DNA of 44,127 bases from Vampirovibrio sp. (GCA_027448865.1 DAIDMR010000329.1:1-44127), one strand, 5' to 3'. Counted from the stretch's first letter, positions 9,843-19,539 are shown. Made by a program: numbers and translations. The notes: generated from the letters alone by a model not told the origin.

Positions 9843-10625
9843 CTAACGCTGGATAATGAAATCCTGAAAATTCACTCGTAAAATTTGATAATCCGGGGCC
9901 ATAATGGCATTGAGCTGTTCCTTGATTTCATCTTTCAGGGCCTCCTGACCTTCCAGAGTGGCCAGCAACGTGGCGTTGCGTTTCATTAAAGACCCATTGA
10001 CCACGTCCCGAATGGTGGGTACGTACTTGGACATATTTTTCTTGAACACGTCCTCACAACTGGGCCCAGCTTCACCCCCGCTAGCCAGCAGGGTTCTATC
10101 CACCGGCGCCGCAGCACCTACGATTTTGCCCTCACCCAGCGTTCCATCGTTAAGCGGGATGGCCTCGGCATGATGCTCAATGTAGCAATTCTGGGCGTCG
10201 GGAACTTTAACGCTCAAGGCCATTTTGGCCCGTAAATACTGGCTACCCGGTAAGCTCGGATCGGGCTTTAAATTCACCATGAACTCATCCAGTTCCAGGT
10301 TCATGCCCACCTGACTACCGGGCGTTTCCGTGGAAGCGCCATCGTGACCAGCGGGGGCCTCCCCTTCGGCCCCTCCGCCGCCTGCAGCATGGGCCAGTTT
10401 TCCAATTTCGGGCACCACAAACATGGTGGTCATCAGATAGGAGGAACCAACGGAGCCGCCAATGGTGGCCACCAGAATAACCACCACCATAATGATGAAC
10501 TTCAGATCAAGGCCACCGCCGCCACCACCCGAACTACCTTCAGCAGCCGGAGCCGCCGGGGCCGCTGCGCCACCTTCGCCTTCCACTTTGGGTTTTAAAT
10601 CCTTCGGCTTGGTCGGTCTAGCCAT
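9843..10625 (-). CDS. fliL: Flagellar basal body-associated protein FliL
   Basis: Single TM; LDEFMVNL..YLR..IRD..EGQEALKDEI..VNFQDFIIQ; lies between motB and fliM. Confidence 0.88.
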   Translation of the reverse strand: MARPTKPKDLKPKVEGEGGAAAPAAPAAEGSSGGGGGGLDLKFIIMVVVILVATIGGSVGSSYLMTTMFVVPEIGKLAHAAGGGGAEGEAPAGHDGASTETPGSQVGMNLELDEFMVNLKPDPSLPGSQYLRAKMALSVKVPDAQNCYIEHHAEAIPLNDGTLGEGKIVGAAAPVDRTLLASGGEAGPSCEDVFKKNMSKYVPTIRDVVNGSLMKRNATLLATLEGQEALKDEIKEQLNAIMAPDYQILRVNFQDFIIQR

Positions 10626-10631
10626 TGAAAT

Positions 10632-11477
10632 TCAATCCTCTCGACTTGGGGAAATGCCGCCAGCGCCTGATAAATCCTCAGTGGCGGCAGGGGGTTCTTG
10701 AAGGGCCATCGTCTCATTCAATACCACTATATCCACTCGGCGGTTTTTCTGTTTCCCTTCAATGGATGAATTCTGGGCCACTGGTTTGAACTCCCCGTAG
10801 CCGGTCGCGGACAGTTGCTCCGGTCGATAATGCTTGCCCTCGATCAGGTAGCGCACGATATTGGTGGCCCGAGCCGTGGATAATTCCCAGTTGGAGGGGT
10901 AGCGGGATGTGGTGATGGGCGTGTTATCGCTGTGGCCTTCTACTCTGATTAACCGAGCCTGAGCGCCCAGTGTTTTTTTGAGTTGACTGATCAATTGCTT
11001 TAACGTGTTGCGAGCCTTCGGCGATAACTCGGCACTGCCCGGGGCAAACAAAATGTTGTCTTTCAGTGAAATAACCACACCGCGTTCCTGCTGACGAATT
11101 TCCACACCTTGCATTTTTAGGCGCTGCCTGAGTTGAGCCGACAGCGAATCCGATCCGGTCTTTTGGGCGTTCGGCAGCTTTTGGGGAGACTTTAATTTGG
11201 CCTGAGTGGCGACCGCTTGAGCGGCAGGCTTTGAGGCTGGCTGCGGCTTCAGTGGCTCTGGCTGGGCGGCAGTGACCAACACCAGAAACAAGCCTAATAA
11301 CAGCGTCAGCAAATCGGCATAGGGTACCATCCACCGATTGTGGCCGGTATGCACGTTCGATTCCATCTCCCGTTCCAGTGTCTCCAGCTTTCGGAACAAG
11401 GCCCTCACCGGAACAGCCTGAGCAGTGGATACGGCGGAAGAATCCGCGTGGTTGCGCCGATTACCAATGTGCGTCAT
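10632..11477 (-). CDS. motB: Flagellar stator MotB (OmpA-like peptidoglycan-binding domain)
   Basis: WMVPYADLLTLLL TM with conserved Asp; EGHSD, SNWELSTARA, NRRVDI. Confidence 0.95.
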   Translation of the reverse strand: MTHIGNRRNHADSSAVSTAQAVPVRALFRKLETLEREMESNVHTGHNRWMVPYADLLTLLLGLFLVLVTAAQPEPLKPQPASKPAAQAVATQAKLKSPQKLPNAQKTGSDSLSAQLRQRLKMQGVEIRQQERGVVISLKDNILFAPGSAELSPKARNTLKQLISQLKKTLGAQARLIRVEGHSDNTPITTSRYPSNWELSTARATNIVRYLIEGKHYRPEQLSATGYGEFKPVAQNSSIEGKQKNRRVDIVVLNETMALQEPPAATEDLSGAGGISPSRED

Positions 11478-11493
11478 GCCACTGCCTGCCCCT

Positions 11494-12375
11494 TCATTCC
11501 ATCATGTCCACACTGGCGCCCACTTGCAGAAAATCATCCCGCAAGACGGCCTGTGGCGGCAATGCGGTAGCGTACCCATCCGGTCTGTCGGCGTAGGACT
11601 TTCGCCCCGCGCGAGGTACGGTCAGGGTATCTGAACCCGAGATAAAGGCGTTCAATCGCTCTTCGATAATCATGGGATGCTCACCGGCCCGAATGCACAG
11701 GATGGCCTCCAGCAGCAAAGTCAGCATAAACCATTCATCCCGGGCCCGTTGCCGCAATTTACCGGCAATGGGCAGTAAAAACAGGTTGGACAGGGCCACT
11801 CCGTACAGGGTCGCGCTGAAAGCGCTGGCCACCCCCTGACCCAAAATGGCAGGCTGATGGGACGCTTGCACAATGTGGATCAGGCCAATCACCGCCCCGA
11901 TAATCCCCATGGTAGGGGCAAAGCCGCCAGCAGTTTCGTAAACGCGGGCGCAATCCTGACTCTCCCGATAGCAGACCTCAATCTCGGTGGATAAACTGTC
12001 CCGGATAAACTGCTCCGATCGGTTGTCCAGCACCAGTTGCAAGCCCTTGCGCAGAAAGGGAATTTCAATGCTGTCAATAATGGGCTGCAGGGCCAAAATA
12101 CCCTCATCCCGAACAAAGCCCACCACCTCCAGAACATACTGAATGGTCTTGCGGGTTTCCAGATGACTTTCCGCACTGCCGCCCCGCAAGGCCTGCAGCG
12201 CCCGCTTCAGCGTGGGTACATGGAAACTGACCAGCGTGGCGGTCAAGGTGCCCCCAAACACCACCAGCAAGGCTTCCGCATTCAACAGGGTATTCAGCGG
12301 GACATGCCCCAGAACCAAAGCGGCCCCTAAAATCAGGAGCCCCAGGATTAAACCGGCCAGGGTCGTAAAATCCAT
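11494..12375 (-). CDS. motA: Flagellar stator MotA
   Basis: GGFAPTMGIIGAVIGLI; AFSATLYGV..NLFLLPIAGKL; GEHP. Confidence 0.95.
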   Translation of the reverse strand: MDFTTLAGLILGLLILGAALVLGHVPLNTLLNAEALLVVFGGTLTATLVSFHVPTLKRALQALRGGSAESHLETRKTIQYVLEVVGFVRDEGILALQPIIDSIEIPFLRKGLQLVLDNRSEQFIRDSLSTEIEVCYRESQDCARVYETAGGFAPTMGIIGAVIGLIHIVQASHQPAILGQGVASAFSATLYGVALSNLFLLPIAGKLRQRARDEWFMLTLLLEAILCIRAGEHPMIIEERLNAFISGSDTLTVPRAGRKSYADRPDGYATALPPQAVLRDDFLQVGASVDMME

Positions 12376-12751
12376 GCGCAACACACCTTCGCTTTCCACA
12401 GAGGATGAACCACTCTCAGCCTAAAAGATTAACCCGGCGCTTTCCTCCTCCGAACAGGGGATCAGCGTTTCGCAAAAGCCGAAATGGAAGCGGCCATTTC
12501 GCCAACCGCGAAATTCTGCTGTTTTACAGTTTGAGACCCCTCAGTGTTGCCTGTTTGTGTTTTAACGTATAATGATGCTTGCGGTGGTTCGCTTCGTGAG
12601 GGTACATTTCATTCCGGGTCAAACAGCAACCCGACAAGCCATTCAATAAGAGGTCACACCACCTGCCAGCATCACGGCGTTTTAAAAGACGTTTTAAAAA
12701 GCATCAAAACCAGTCAACACCTAGTATAAGAGTGATTCGGGGTACTTGCAT

Positions 12752-13972
12752 ATGAATTTTGAATTGACCGAAGAGCAACGGCAAATTTGGCAATGGGCCA
12801 AGGAATTCGCGGATCAGGAAATTGCCCCGGTTGCCGCCATTAACGATCAGGATTCCAAATTTGATTTTGACCTGCTGAAAAAAATCGCCGATCAGGGCTT
12901 TTTCGGGGCCATTTTGCCGGAGGAATACGGCGGACAAGGCATCGACCATATTTCCTACGCCCTGATGACCGAGGAAATCGCCCGGGTCTGCTCCTCCACC
13001 CGCACACTGTTTTCAGTGCAAATTTCACTGGTGGAAAAGCCCATTTGGTACTTCGGCACCGAGGAACAAAAAAAGAACTACCTGCCCCGCCTGGCCACCG
13101 GTGAAATCATCGGTTGCTTTGGCCTGACCGAACCCAACGCCGGAAGCGACGCCGGGAATCAGCAAACCATGGCCACCCCGGATGGGGATTATTACGTGTT
13201 GAACGGTCAAAAAACATGGATCTCCAACGGCTGTATCTCGCAATTAGCGCTGATTATCGCCCAGACCGACAAATCGAAGGGGCATAAAGGCATGTGCGCC
13301 TTTTTGGTGGAAACCGACACCCCCGGCTTCAGCACCCGGGAAATCAAGCCCAAGCTGGGCTTGCGGGCTTCCATTACCTCCGAACTGTTTTTGGACAACG
13401 TGCGGGTACATAAATCCCAAATGCTGGGCCATCCGGGTGAAGGCTTTAAAGTGGCCATGTACTGCCTGGATCAGGGGCGCTTCAGCGTAGCCGCCGGTTC
13501 GGTGGGCGTCAGTCAGGCCTGCATTGATATTTCCACCCGGTACGCTATGGAACGGGAAGCCTTTGGCCAGAAAATCGGTGAGTTCCAGATGCTGCAACAA
13601 CTGATTGCCGATATGGCCGCCGACTGCGAAGCAGGTCGCTTTTTGGTGCTACACGCCGCCGACCTGAAGGACAAGGGCGTACGCAACACCCGGGAAACCT
13701 CCATGGCCAAACTCTTCTGCGCAGAGGCGGCCATTCGGGCCTCCAACAGCGCCGTGCAAATTTTTGGGGGTTACGGCTTCTCGGAGGAATACCCGGCGGC
13801 CCGCTACTACCGGGATGCCCGTGTCCTCAACCTCTACGAGGGCACCAGCCAGATCCATCGCCTGATTATCGCCCAGGATGAATTGGGGATTCGTCCGGCC
13901 AATGGCCCCGGCAGCCCTATGACCCCGCTGGACAGGCTCTCTCCTCGCAAGCCTTTGCCGCCCCGGACTTAA
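12752..13972 (+). CDS. Acyl-CoA dehydrogenase
   Basis: FGLTEPNAGSDA, LNGQKTWISN, REAFGQKI, QIFGGYGF, YEGTSQIHR. Confidence 0.95.
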   Translation: MNFELTEEQRQIWQWAKEFADQEIAPVAAINDQDSKFDFDLLKKIADQGFFGAILPEEYGGQGIDHISYALMTEEIARVCSSTRTLFSVQISLVEKPIWYFGTEEQKKNYLPRLATGEIIGCFGLTEPNAGSDAGNQQTMATPDGDYYVLNGQKTWISNGCISQLALIIAQTDKSKGHKGMCAFLVETDTPGFSTREIKPKLGLRASITSELFLDNVRVHKSQMLGHPGEGFKVAMYCLDQGRFSVAAGSVGVSQACIDISTRYAMEREAFGQKIGEFQMLQQLIADMAADCEAGRFLVLHAADLKDKGVRNTRETSMAKLFCAEAAIRASNSAVQIFGGYGFSEEYPAARYYRDARVLNLYEGTSQIHRLIIAQDELGIRPANGPGSPMTPLDRLSPRKPLPPRT

Positions 13973-14126
13973 AACCCGGATTTAAAACAGAATAAAGCTG
14001 CCTTCACAGTCCACTATCCATTAAGCCACTGTCCATTAAGGAAATGAAACCGAAGGAAAACACAGCGATTCCAAGCCATTTTCAGCTATGATAATCACAG
14101 ATTCAAGCTGAAAAAATCGGCTTGAG

Positions 14127-15047
14127 ATGAGGGCCTTCATGCGGATTCTGGATCAACTCATCGTCCTGACCTTGCCCTTTGCCCCCAAGGCATTGGTCAA
14201 AAAATTCGCATGGCGTTATGTGGCCGGGGAAACCCTGGAGGAAATGCTGGAGACGGTTCGCCGGCTGAACGCCCAGGGGGCCATGGCCACCGTGGATGTG
14301 TTGGGCGAATTCATTCACGCGCCGCAAGAGGCCCATCAGGCCGCTGCCCTTTATAAAACGGTGCTGGAGGCCATCGCCAGAGAGCGACTGGACGCCAATA
14401 TTTCGGTAAAGCTCAGCCAGATGGGCTTGTTGCTGGATAAAACCCTGTGCTATGAGATTATGCACGATTTGGTAGCCACAGCGGCCAAGGCCCGCATTTT
14501 TGTGCGCATCGACATGGAAGATTCGGCCTGCACCGGCGACACCATTGCCCTGTATTTAAAGTTGCGCAAGCAGTTCGATAACGTGGGCATTGTGCTGCAA
14601 GCCTACCTGCGCCGCACCGTGGGCGATGCCCGACAGATTATGAAAGACTTGAGCAAGATTAACAGCATCGCCAATTTTCGGCTGTGCAAGGGCATTTACC
14701 GGGAGCCCCGCACCCTGGCCTGGCCCAATCACACCCTCATCAACAAAAATTACACCCTTATTCTGGAAGAAATGTTCAAGCAGCAAGCCTATGTGGGAAT
14801 CGCCACCCATAACGAGGAACTGGTTTGGGAGGCCCTGCGCCTGATTGATCAGTATCGGTTAAAGCCTCACGAGTATGAATTTCAGATGCTGTTGGGCGTT
14901 GACCCGGAATTGCGGCAAATTCTGCTGAACGCCGGACACCGGGTGCGGGTTTACGTGCCCTTTGGTCAGGACTGGTTTGCCTACTGCACCCGCCGCCTCA
15001 AAGAGAACCCCTCCATTGCCGGGCATCTGCTGAAAAATTTATGGTGA
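14127..15047 (+). CDS. Monofunctional proline dehydrogenase
   Basis: YVAGET, SVKLSQMG, RIDMED, QAYLRRT, RLCKGIY, ATHN, FQMLLG, YVPFG..RRLKENP. Confidence 0.94.
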   Translation: MRAFMRILDQLIVLTLPFAPKALVKKFAWRYVAGETLEEMLETVRRLNAQGAMATVDVLGEFIHAPQEAHQAAALYKTVLEAIARERLDANISVKLSQMGLLLDKTLCYEIMHDLVATAAKARIFVRIDMEDSACTGDTIALYLKLRKQFDNVGIVLQAYLRRTVGDARQIMKDLSKINSIANFRLCKGIYREPRTLAWPNHTLINKNYTLILEEMFKQQAYVGIATHNEELVWEALRLIDQYRLKPHEYEFQMLLGVDPELRQILLNAGHRVRVYVPFGQDWFAYCTRRLKENPSIAGHLLKNLW

Positions 15048-15190
15048 GGCAGACCCGTCGCAACCCGTTTATAAAGCTGCGTGCAGCTCGAACACACAAT
15101 AGAACTATTTCTGGCAGCACTGCCAAACATCCATTTATAACTCGCTGTACTCAAACAGTTATAAACGGGTTGCGACGGGTCTGCCTCACC
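15043..15190. repeat. Palindromic dispersed element, copy 1 (32-bp perfect inverted arms around an 84-nt core)
   Basis: 15043-15074 is the exact reverse complement of 15159-15190; homologous to 33053-33198. Confidence 0.9.
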
Positions 15191-15243
15191 GATTGACAAT
15201 TAACCAATTAATGATGAGATAGACGTCGGTAACGCATGCACCG

Positions 15244-16905
15244 TTATGGCAAACGGCGAAAGCGTTTCAGCAGGCGTCCGCCAATGCGTTCCTGCAGATA
15301 CTGGGCCTCACTGACCTTCAATTGCAAGGTCACCAGCACGTACACCCCAATGCCAACAGCGGCAGCCAGGGCAATCCGCCCGTATTCCCACAAGGCAGGC
15401 GCCACCGGTAACCCTTGGGTCAAGGGCGTTAATTGCAACAGCCACTGAGTGCCGAAGCAAGTCACCATCATGAGTACACCCGCCATGGCCAACTTGCCAA
15501 AGGGCAGCACCATTTCCGCAAAGCCCAAATCAGGGATGTGTTTTTTAGAGAGAATGCCCAGCAAGGTCATGTTGATAAAGGTCACCAGCGTAATGGCCGC
15601 GGTAATGCCCCCCACGCCCAAGTGCAGTTGCGTCACCAGCAACCAGTTAAGAACCGCTTTGACCCCAATGGCCAATAAGCCCACCATCAACGGGGTGCGG
15701 GAGTCCTGAAAGGCATAAAACACACGGGTAATGGAATCTCTGGCAAAGTAGGGAATAATTTGCAAAGCCTGATAAACCAAGGCCAGCGACACCAGCTCGG
15801 TGGCCTTGGCATCGAACTTGCCGTGCTGGAAAATCAGCCGGATGAGTGGTTCCGTGTACATCATCATCAAAATCAGCAGAGGAATGCTGATCAGCCACAG
15901 GGAAATCACCCCGGTTTTAAAGGTGCGCTTGATCTCTTCAAAGTTGCCATCCGCGGCAGCCCGGCTGAACCGGGGGAAAATAGGAACCAGCAAAGCGGTT
16001 TGCAGCACACCCAGTGGCAACTGCACCAGGCGATTGGACAGCGTGACCGCCGACCAGCCCCCTGCTCCCAGCGAAGCGGCAAAGAACATATCCACATAGG
16101 TCACCAGTTGCCCAATGGTGGTACCCACGGTGGCCGGAAACAACAATTCACCGGCCTGACGAATTTCCGGCGCTTTCCAGTCCAAAGCGGGCTTTAAGGT
16201 AAACTTCTGGCGGAAAAATTCCGGCAACTGCATCACCACCTGCAAAATGCCACCGGCCAACGTCGACCAGGCCAGCACCATGCCCGTGGTGTCGCCGGGC
16301 ACCAGCCACAGCCCCAGCAGGATCGTGACACTCATAGCCACCGGCGATAAGGAGGGCCACACAAAGCAATTGTAGATATTGGATAGCCCGTACAAAATGC
16401 CCACCACCCCACCGGCCAAAATACAGGGACTCATCACTTGCAGTTGGGCAGCGGCGGAATCAATCAGGGAGGGGGCCGCCCCGTGCAAAATCAGCCCCAT
16501 GATGGGACGGGCCAGCAAAAAGGTCAGAACCGACAAGACGGTAAAGACAATGCCGGTCAGGGTGATAAACGTACTGGCCAAACGTCTGGCACGCTCGGAG
16601 GGGGCCTCCTGATCCTGAATCAGGCGGGAAAAAACCGCCACCGTGGCCGTGTGAAACGGCCCGCCCAGCCCACCCAGCAAAATAATGGCGAAAGAAGGCA
16701 ACTGAAAGGCGGCGTAATAAGCGTCGCTGACCAGCGAGGTGCCGTAAGCGTACATGACCGCCCAATCCCGAATAAACCCCAACAGCTTGCTAAAAATGGT
16801 GACCACGGCAATCAGCCCGGCGGCCTTTAACAGGCTGGGAGTCCGGCTGGATTTGGCTTGCGGGACGGGGGACTGATCGTCGGGGATGGGGGATTCTGCG
16901 CTCAT
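15244..16905 (-). CDS. murJ: Lipid II flippase MurJ (MviN)
   Basis: SKLLGFIRD..YG..SDAYYAAFQLP; RLVQLPLGV; many TM segments. Confidence 0.95.
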   Translation of the reverse strand: MSAESPIPDDQSPVPQAKSSRTPSLLKAAGLIAVVTIFSKLLGFIRDWAVMYAYGTSLVSDAYYAAFQLPSFAIILLGGLGGPFHTATVAVFSRLIQDQEAPSERARRLASTFITLTGIVFTVLSVLTFLLARPIMGLILHGAAPSLIDSAAAQLQVMSPCILAGGVVGILYGLSNIYNCFVWPSLSPVAMSVTILLGLWLVPGDTTGMVLAWSTLAGGILQVVMQLPEFFRQKFTLKPALDWKAPEIRQAGELLFPATVGTTIGQLVTYVDMFFAASLGAGGWSAVTLSNRLVQLPLGVLQTALLVPIFPRFSRAAADGNFEEIKRTFKTGVISLWLISIPLLILMMMYTEPLIRLIFQHGKFDAKATELVSLALVYQALQIIPYFARDSITRVFYAFQDSRTPLMVGLLAIGVKAVLNWLLVTQLHLGVGGITAAITLVTFINMTLLGILSKKHIPDLGFAEMVLPFGKLAMAGVLMMVTCFGTQWLLQLTPLTQGLPVAPALWEYGRIALAAAVGIGVYVLVTLQLKVSEAQYLQERIGGRLLKRFRRLP

Positions 16906-16993
16906 AGTACTGCCCATTATACGCTGAGGTCACGGATTGGGATCGGTGGCGTTTGTCAAAGGAGCCTGAAAAGAGAAGATAAGAGAAAAGAAG

Positions 16994-17728
16994 TTAATAG
17001 GGCACTAGCAAATTCAGGGCCTGCTGAATGGGCAATAAGTCCACGCCCAGTTCCGTATTGCGGAACAGATTGCCCTGCTGCAAGGCTTCCACCGAGATAC
17101 TGGGGCTGTAGGCAATCTCTCCCAGATAGGGAACGTCCGTATGGCCTCGTAGAAACAGAACATCCTGCTCCCATTCGGGCACTCGGGCCGGTTGGGTCTC
17201 CACGGCCAACCAGCCGATGGCTTTGGCATCCCGAGACCACAGATAGGACAACATGGGGGTCATGGTGCCAATGAGGTCAGGCATTTTGGCCGTCACCAAC
17301 ACCAAAGGAATCTCCAGCGCTCTGGACAAATCCACGGCGTCATTCAACGCCAGATCGACAAAGCGAATGGGTGAGGCCAAACTGCCGGGGGCCTCCAGAA
17401 TATAGGGATAGACCCGCTTGCGGCAAAGCTCCTGCAAATGCTGCCAATCTCCGGCGGTCACCTTGCGGGGAGAGGACCTGGAAAATAATTCCAACGGCTG
17501 TTTGGGCGGGCTGAGTCGATCAAAAAAGGCCTGCTCATAACCATCCCGAATGGTCACTTCCGGCTGAAAGCTGAAAGGTTTGATGGCCTGCACGGTAAAA
17601 CCCAGATCATTCAATACCCCGGCCAGCCCGGCACAAGCCACGCTTTTGCCGCATTTGGCATGGGTGCCGACCACCAGCAAGCCCCGGGCATCCAGCAGAT
17701 TTCGATCGGGTGGCTTCACCTCCCACAT
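16994..17728 (-). CDS. bioD: Dethiobiotin synthase-like P-loop protein (divergent)
   Basis: VVGTHAKCGKS P-loop, AIKP, LEAPGS and PLVLV follow the BioD layout. Confidence 0.7.
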   Translation of the reverse strand: MWEVKPPDRNLLDARGLLVVGTHAKCGKSVACAGLAGVLNDLGFTVQAIKPFSFQPEVTIRDGYEQAFFDRLSPPKQPLELFSRSSPRKVTAGDWQHLQELCRKRVYPYILEAPGSLASPIRFVDLALNDAVDLSRALEIPLVLVTAKMPDLIGTMTPMLSYLWSRDAKAIGWLAVETQPARVPEWEQDVLFLRGHTDVPYLGEIAYSPSISVEALQQGNLFRNTELGVDLLPIQQALNLLVPY

Positions 17729-17732
17729 GCGC

Positions 17733-19406
17733 CTAGCCCCCCGCCTCAGGGTGATGATCCCGCCCTGACTCGGCTTTTAACTCGGCCATACGCTCCGCGT
17801 GGGCAGCCAGCTGATTCTGGATGTATTGCACCTCTTCCAGCCGATCCGGCACATGCCCGGCCAGCTTGGCATGCAACAACTGATCCAGCAACTGGCCAAT
17901 CACCTTGCCTTCGGGCACCCCCAAGCCGATTAAATCATTGCCATCCAGCTCCACCTCGGTTTTTTCCCACTTGCGCTTATATTTTACAAAGGCTTCCAGC
18001 ACGATTTTATAACGATTTCCCCCGGCCAGCGCCAATTCCAGAATACAAGCCACCACGGTAATCAAGTGCAGCCCATGGAACAGATCGTAAATGGCCCCCG
18101 GCGATGAATACTCATGCAAGGTGCTAAAGCGCTCGGGCACCCCATCCTTCAATTTGCGGAACTGCTCCACAAACTCCCGCTCGTTGCGGGTTAACCCCAA
18201 ACGGGCCAGCGTTTTCTGAAAGTCTTCCGGTTCAAAATCCCGAAACAAAAAGCACAGGTAAACATCAAACACAAAATCGGCATCCAGAAAAGGACTCAGT
18301 GGGTCCATCAATTCCGGCAAAAAAGGCCCAAGCCCGGCCAGTTTCTCAATCAATTCCGGGCTGGGAGAAAAAGTAGTTTCCATATTAAACAGTCGGTAAC
18401 ACTGGTGCTGCATAAAGTAACGCAGCCAGTTACTTTTGGCCGGTGATTCCTCCACCCGCAAAAAGCCTTTCAGCTCTTGCTTGATTCGCTCCCCGCCGCC
18501 TTTATAGCAGGCGGCCCCCACCTGCAAAAACCGCTGAAGCAAGGTGGCGGTTTCCTCAGCCAAATCAAAATCGAACCGGGCGCAAAACTTCAGGGCCCGT
18601 AAAATACGACTGGGATCCTCAAAGAAAGAGATGGGGTGCAACACCCGAATCTCCCGCACTTCAATGTCCCGCAAGCCATTGGCGAAGTCCATCACTTGCC
18701 CCAGATGATGCACGGAAAATGAGAGGGCATTCACGGTAAAGTCCCGACGAACAATATCGTTCACCAACGGGACTCCCCGGTTGACCACCACCGGCAAGGC
18801 TCCGCAGTGCGGATAGATTTCCTGCCGGGTCGAGGCCACGTCAAACATCAAATCATCTTTGTAACTGATTTTGGCCGTACCAAACTCGGGAAACTTCTCG
18901 ATGAGGGTAAAATTGCGGGAATTGGCCAGTAAAAAGTCCGCCAAAGCCAGAGCATCGCCTTCCACCGTAATGTCCACATCCCGCACGGACAGACGTTTTT
19001 CCTGATATAGCAGCAAATCCCGTGTGATGCCACCGATTACATAGGCTTTCAGGCCCATCTTCTGAATCAGGGATTGCAATTCGTACAAGGCAGCCACAAA
19101 ATACACCGGAAAAAACGCGGACAAGCGTTTGGCCAAATCCAGGGTCGCCTGCATATTGGCCCGGTTCTCGTGACACAAGGGAGAGCGCTCCGGAATGGCC
19201 ACACTGTCAACGGGTAATTCTCCCAAACCCATGGTGGCCATTTTACTGAGGTCATCGCAAAAAGCCAGCCAAATTCGCCCCTGCACGTCACTGAAGCTGA
19301 CCGCGTCGGCGTGCTGCTCCCGGGCCTGGCTCAGCGCTTCGGCAATGGGCAGGGACTGTGCCACCTCGATTCGGGCATCCTGGTTTAAATGGCGTTTATC
19401 GTTCAT
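17733..19406 (-). CDS. cca: Class II tRNA nucleotidyltransferase (CCA- or A-adding)
   Basis: GGITRDLL..DVDIT, FGTA, RRDFTVNAL, EDPSRILRA, LDGNDLI..G..IG. Confidence 0.9.
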   Translation of the reverse strand: MNDKRHLNQDARIEVAQSLPIAEALSQAREQHADAVSFSDVQGRIWLAFCDDLSKMATMGLGELPVDSVAIPERSPLCHENRANMQATLDLAKRLSAFFPVYFVAALYELQSLIQKMGLKAYVIGGITRDLLLYQEKRLSVRDVDITVEGDALALADFLLANSRNFTLIEKFPEFGTAKISYKDDLMFDVASTRQEIYPHCGALPVVVNRGVPLVNDIVRRDFTVNALSFSVHHLGQVMDFANGLRDIEVREIRVLHPISFFEDPSRILRALKFCARFDFDLAEETATLLQRFLQVGAACYKGGGERIKQELKGFLRVEESPAKSNWLRYFMQHQCYRLFNMETTFSPSPELIEKLAGLGPFLPELMDPLSPFLDADFVFDVYLCFLFRDFEPEDFQKTLARLGLTRNEREFVEQFRKLKDGVPERFSTLHEYSSPGAIYDLFHGLHLITVVACILELALAGGNRYKIVLEAFVKYKRKWEKTEVELDGNDLIGLGVPEGKVIGQLLDQLLHAKLAGHVPDRLEEVQYIQNQLAAHAERMAELKAESGRDHHPEAGG

Positions 19407-19504
19407 GATTTTTCGTTCATGATTTTTGGTTCATGAGTCGTTATTCAGTGGACTGACCTTTTTGGGACTGACCTTTTTCGGGTCGGTTGTCTTTGGCCTC
19501 TGTT

Positions 19505-19532
19505 TTGACAAGCATGCCAGCTGTACTATAAT
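19505..19532 (+). promoter_or_regulatory. Consensus sigma70 promoter
   Basis: TTGACA (19505-19510), 16-bp spacer, TATAAT (19527-19532). Confidence 0.7.
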
Positions 19533-19539
19533 CCCTAGT

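Noticed and set aside
15043-15190. Element read as an integron attC site, CRISPR repeat, DGR template or simple terminator
   Set aside because: No RYYYAAC/GTTRRRY ends, no spacer array, differences between copies are not A-specific, and the conserved 84-nt loop is far larger than a terminator loop
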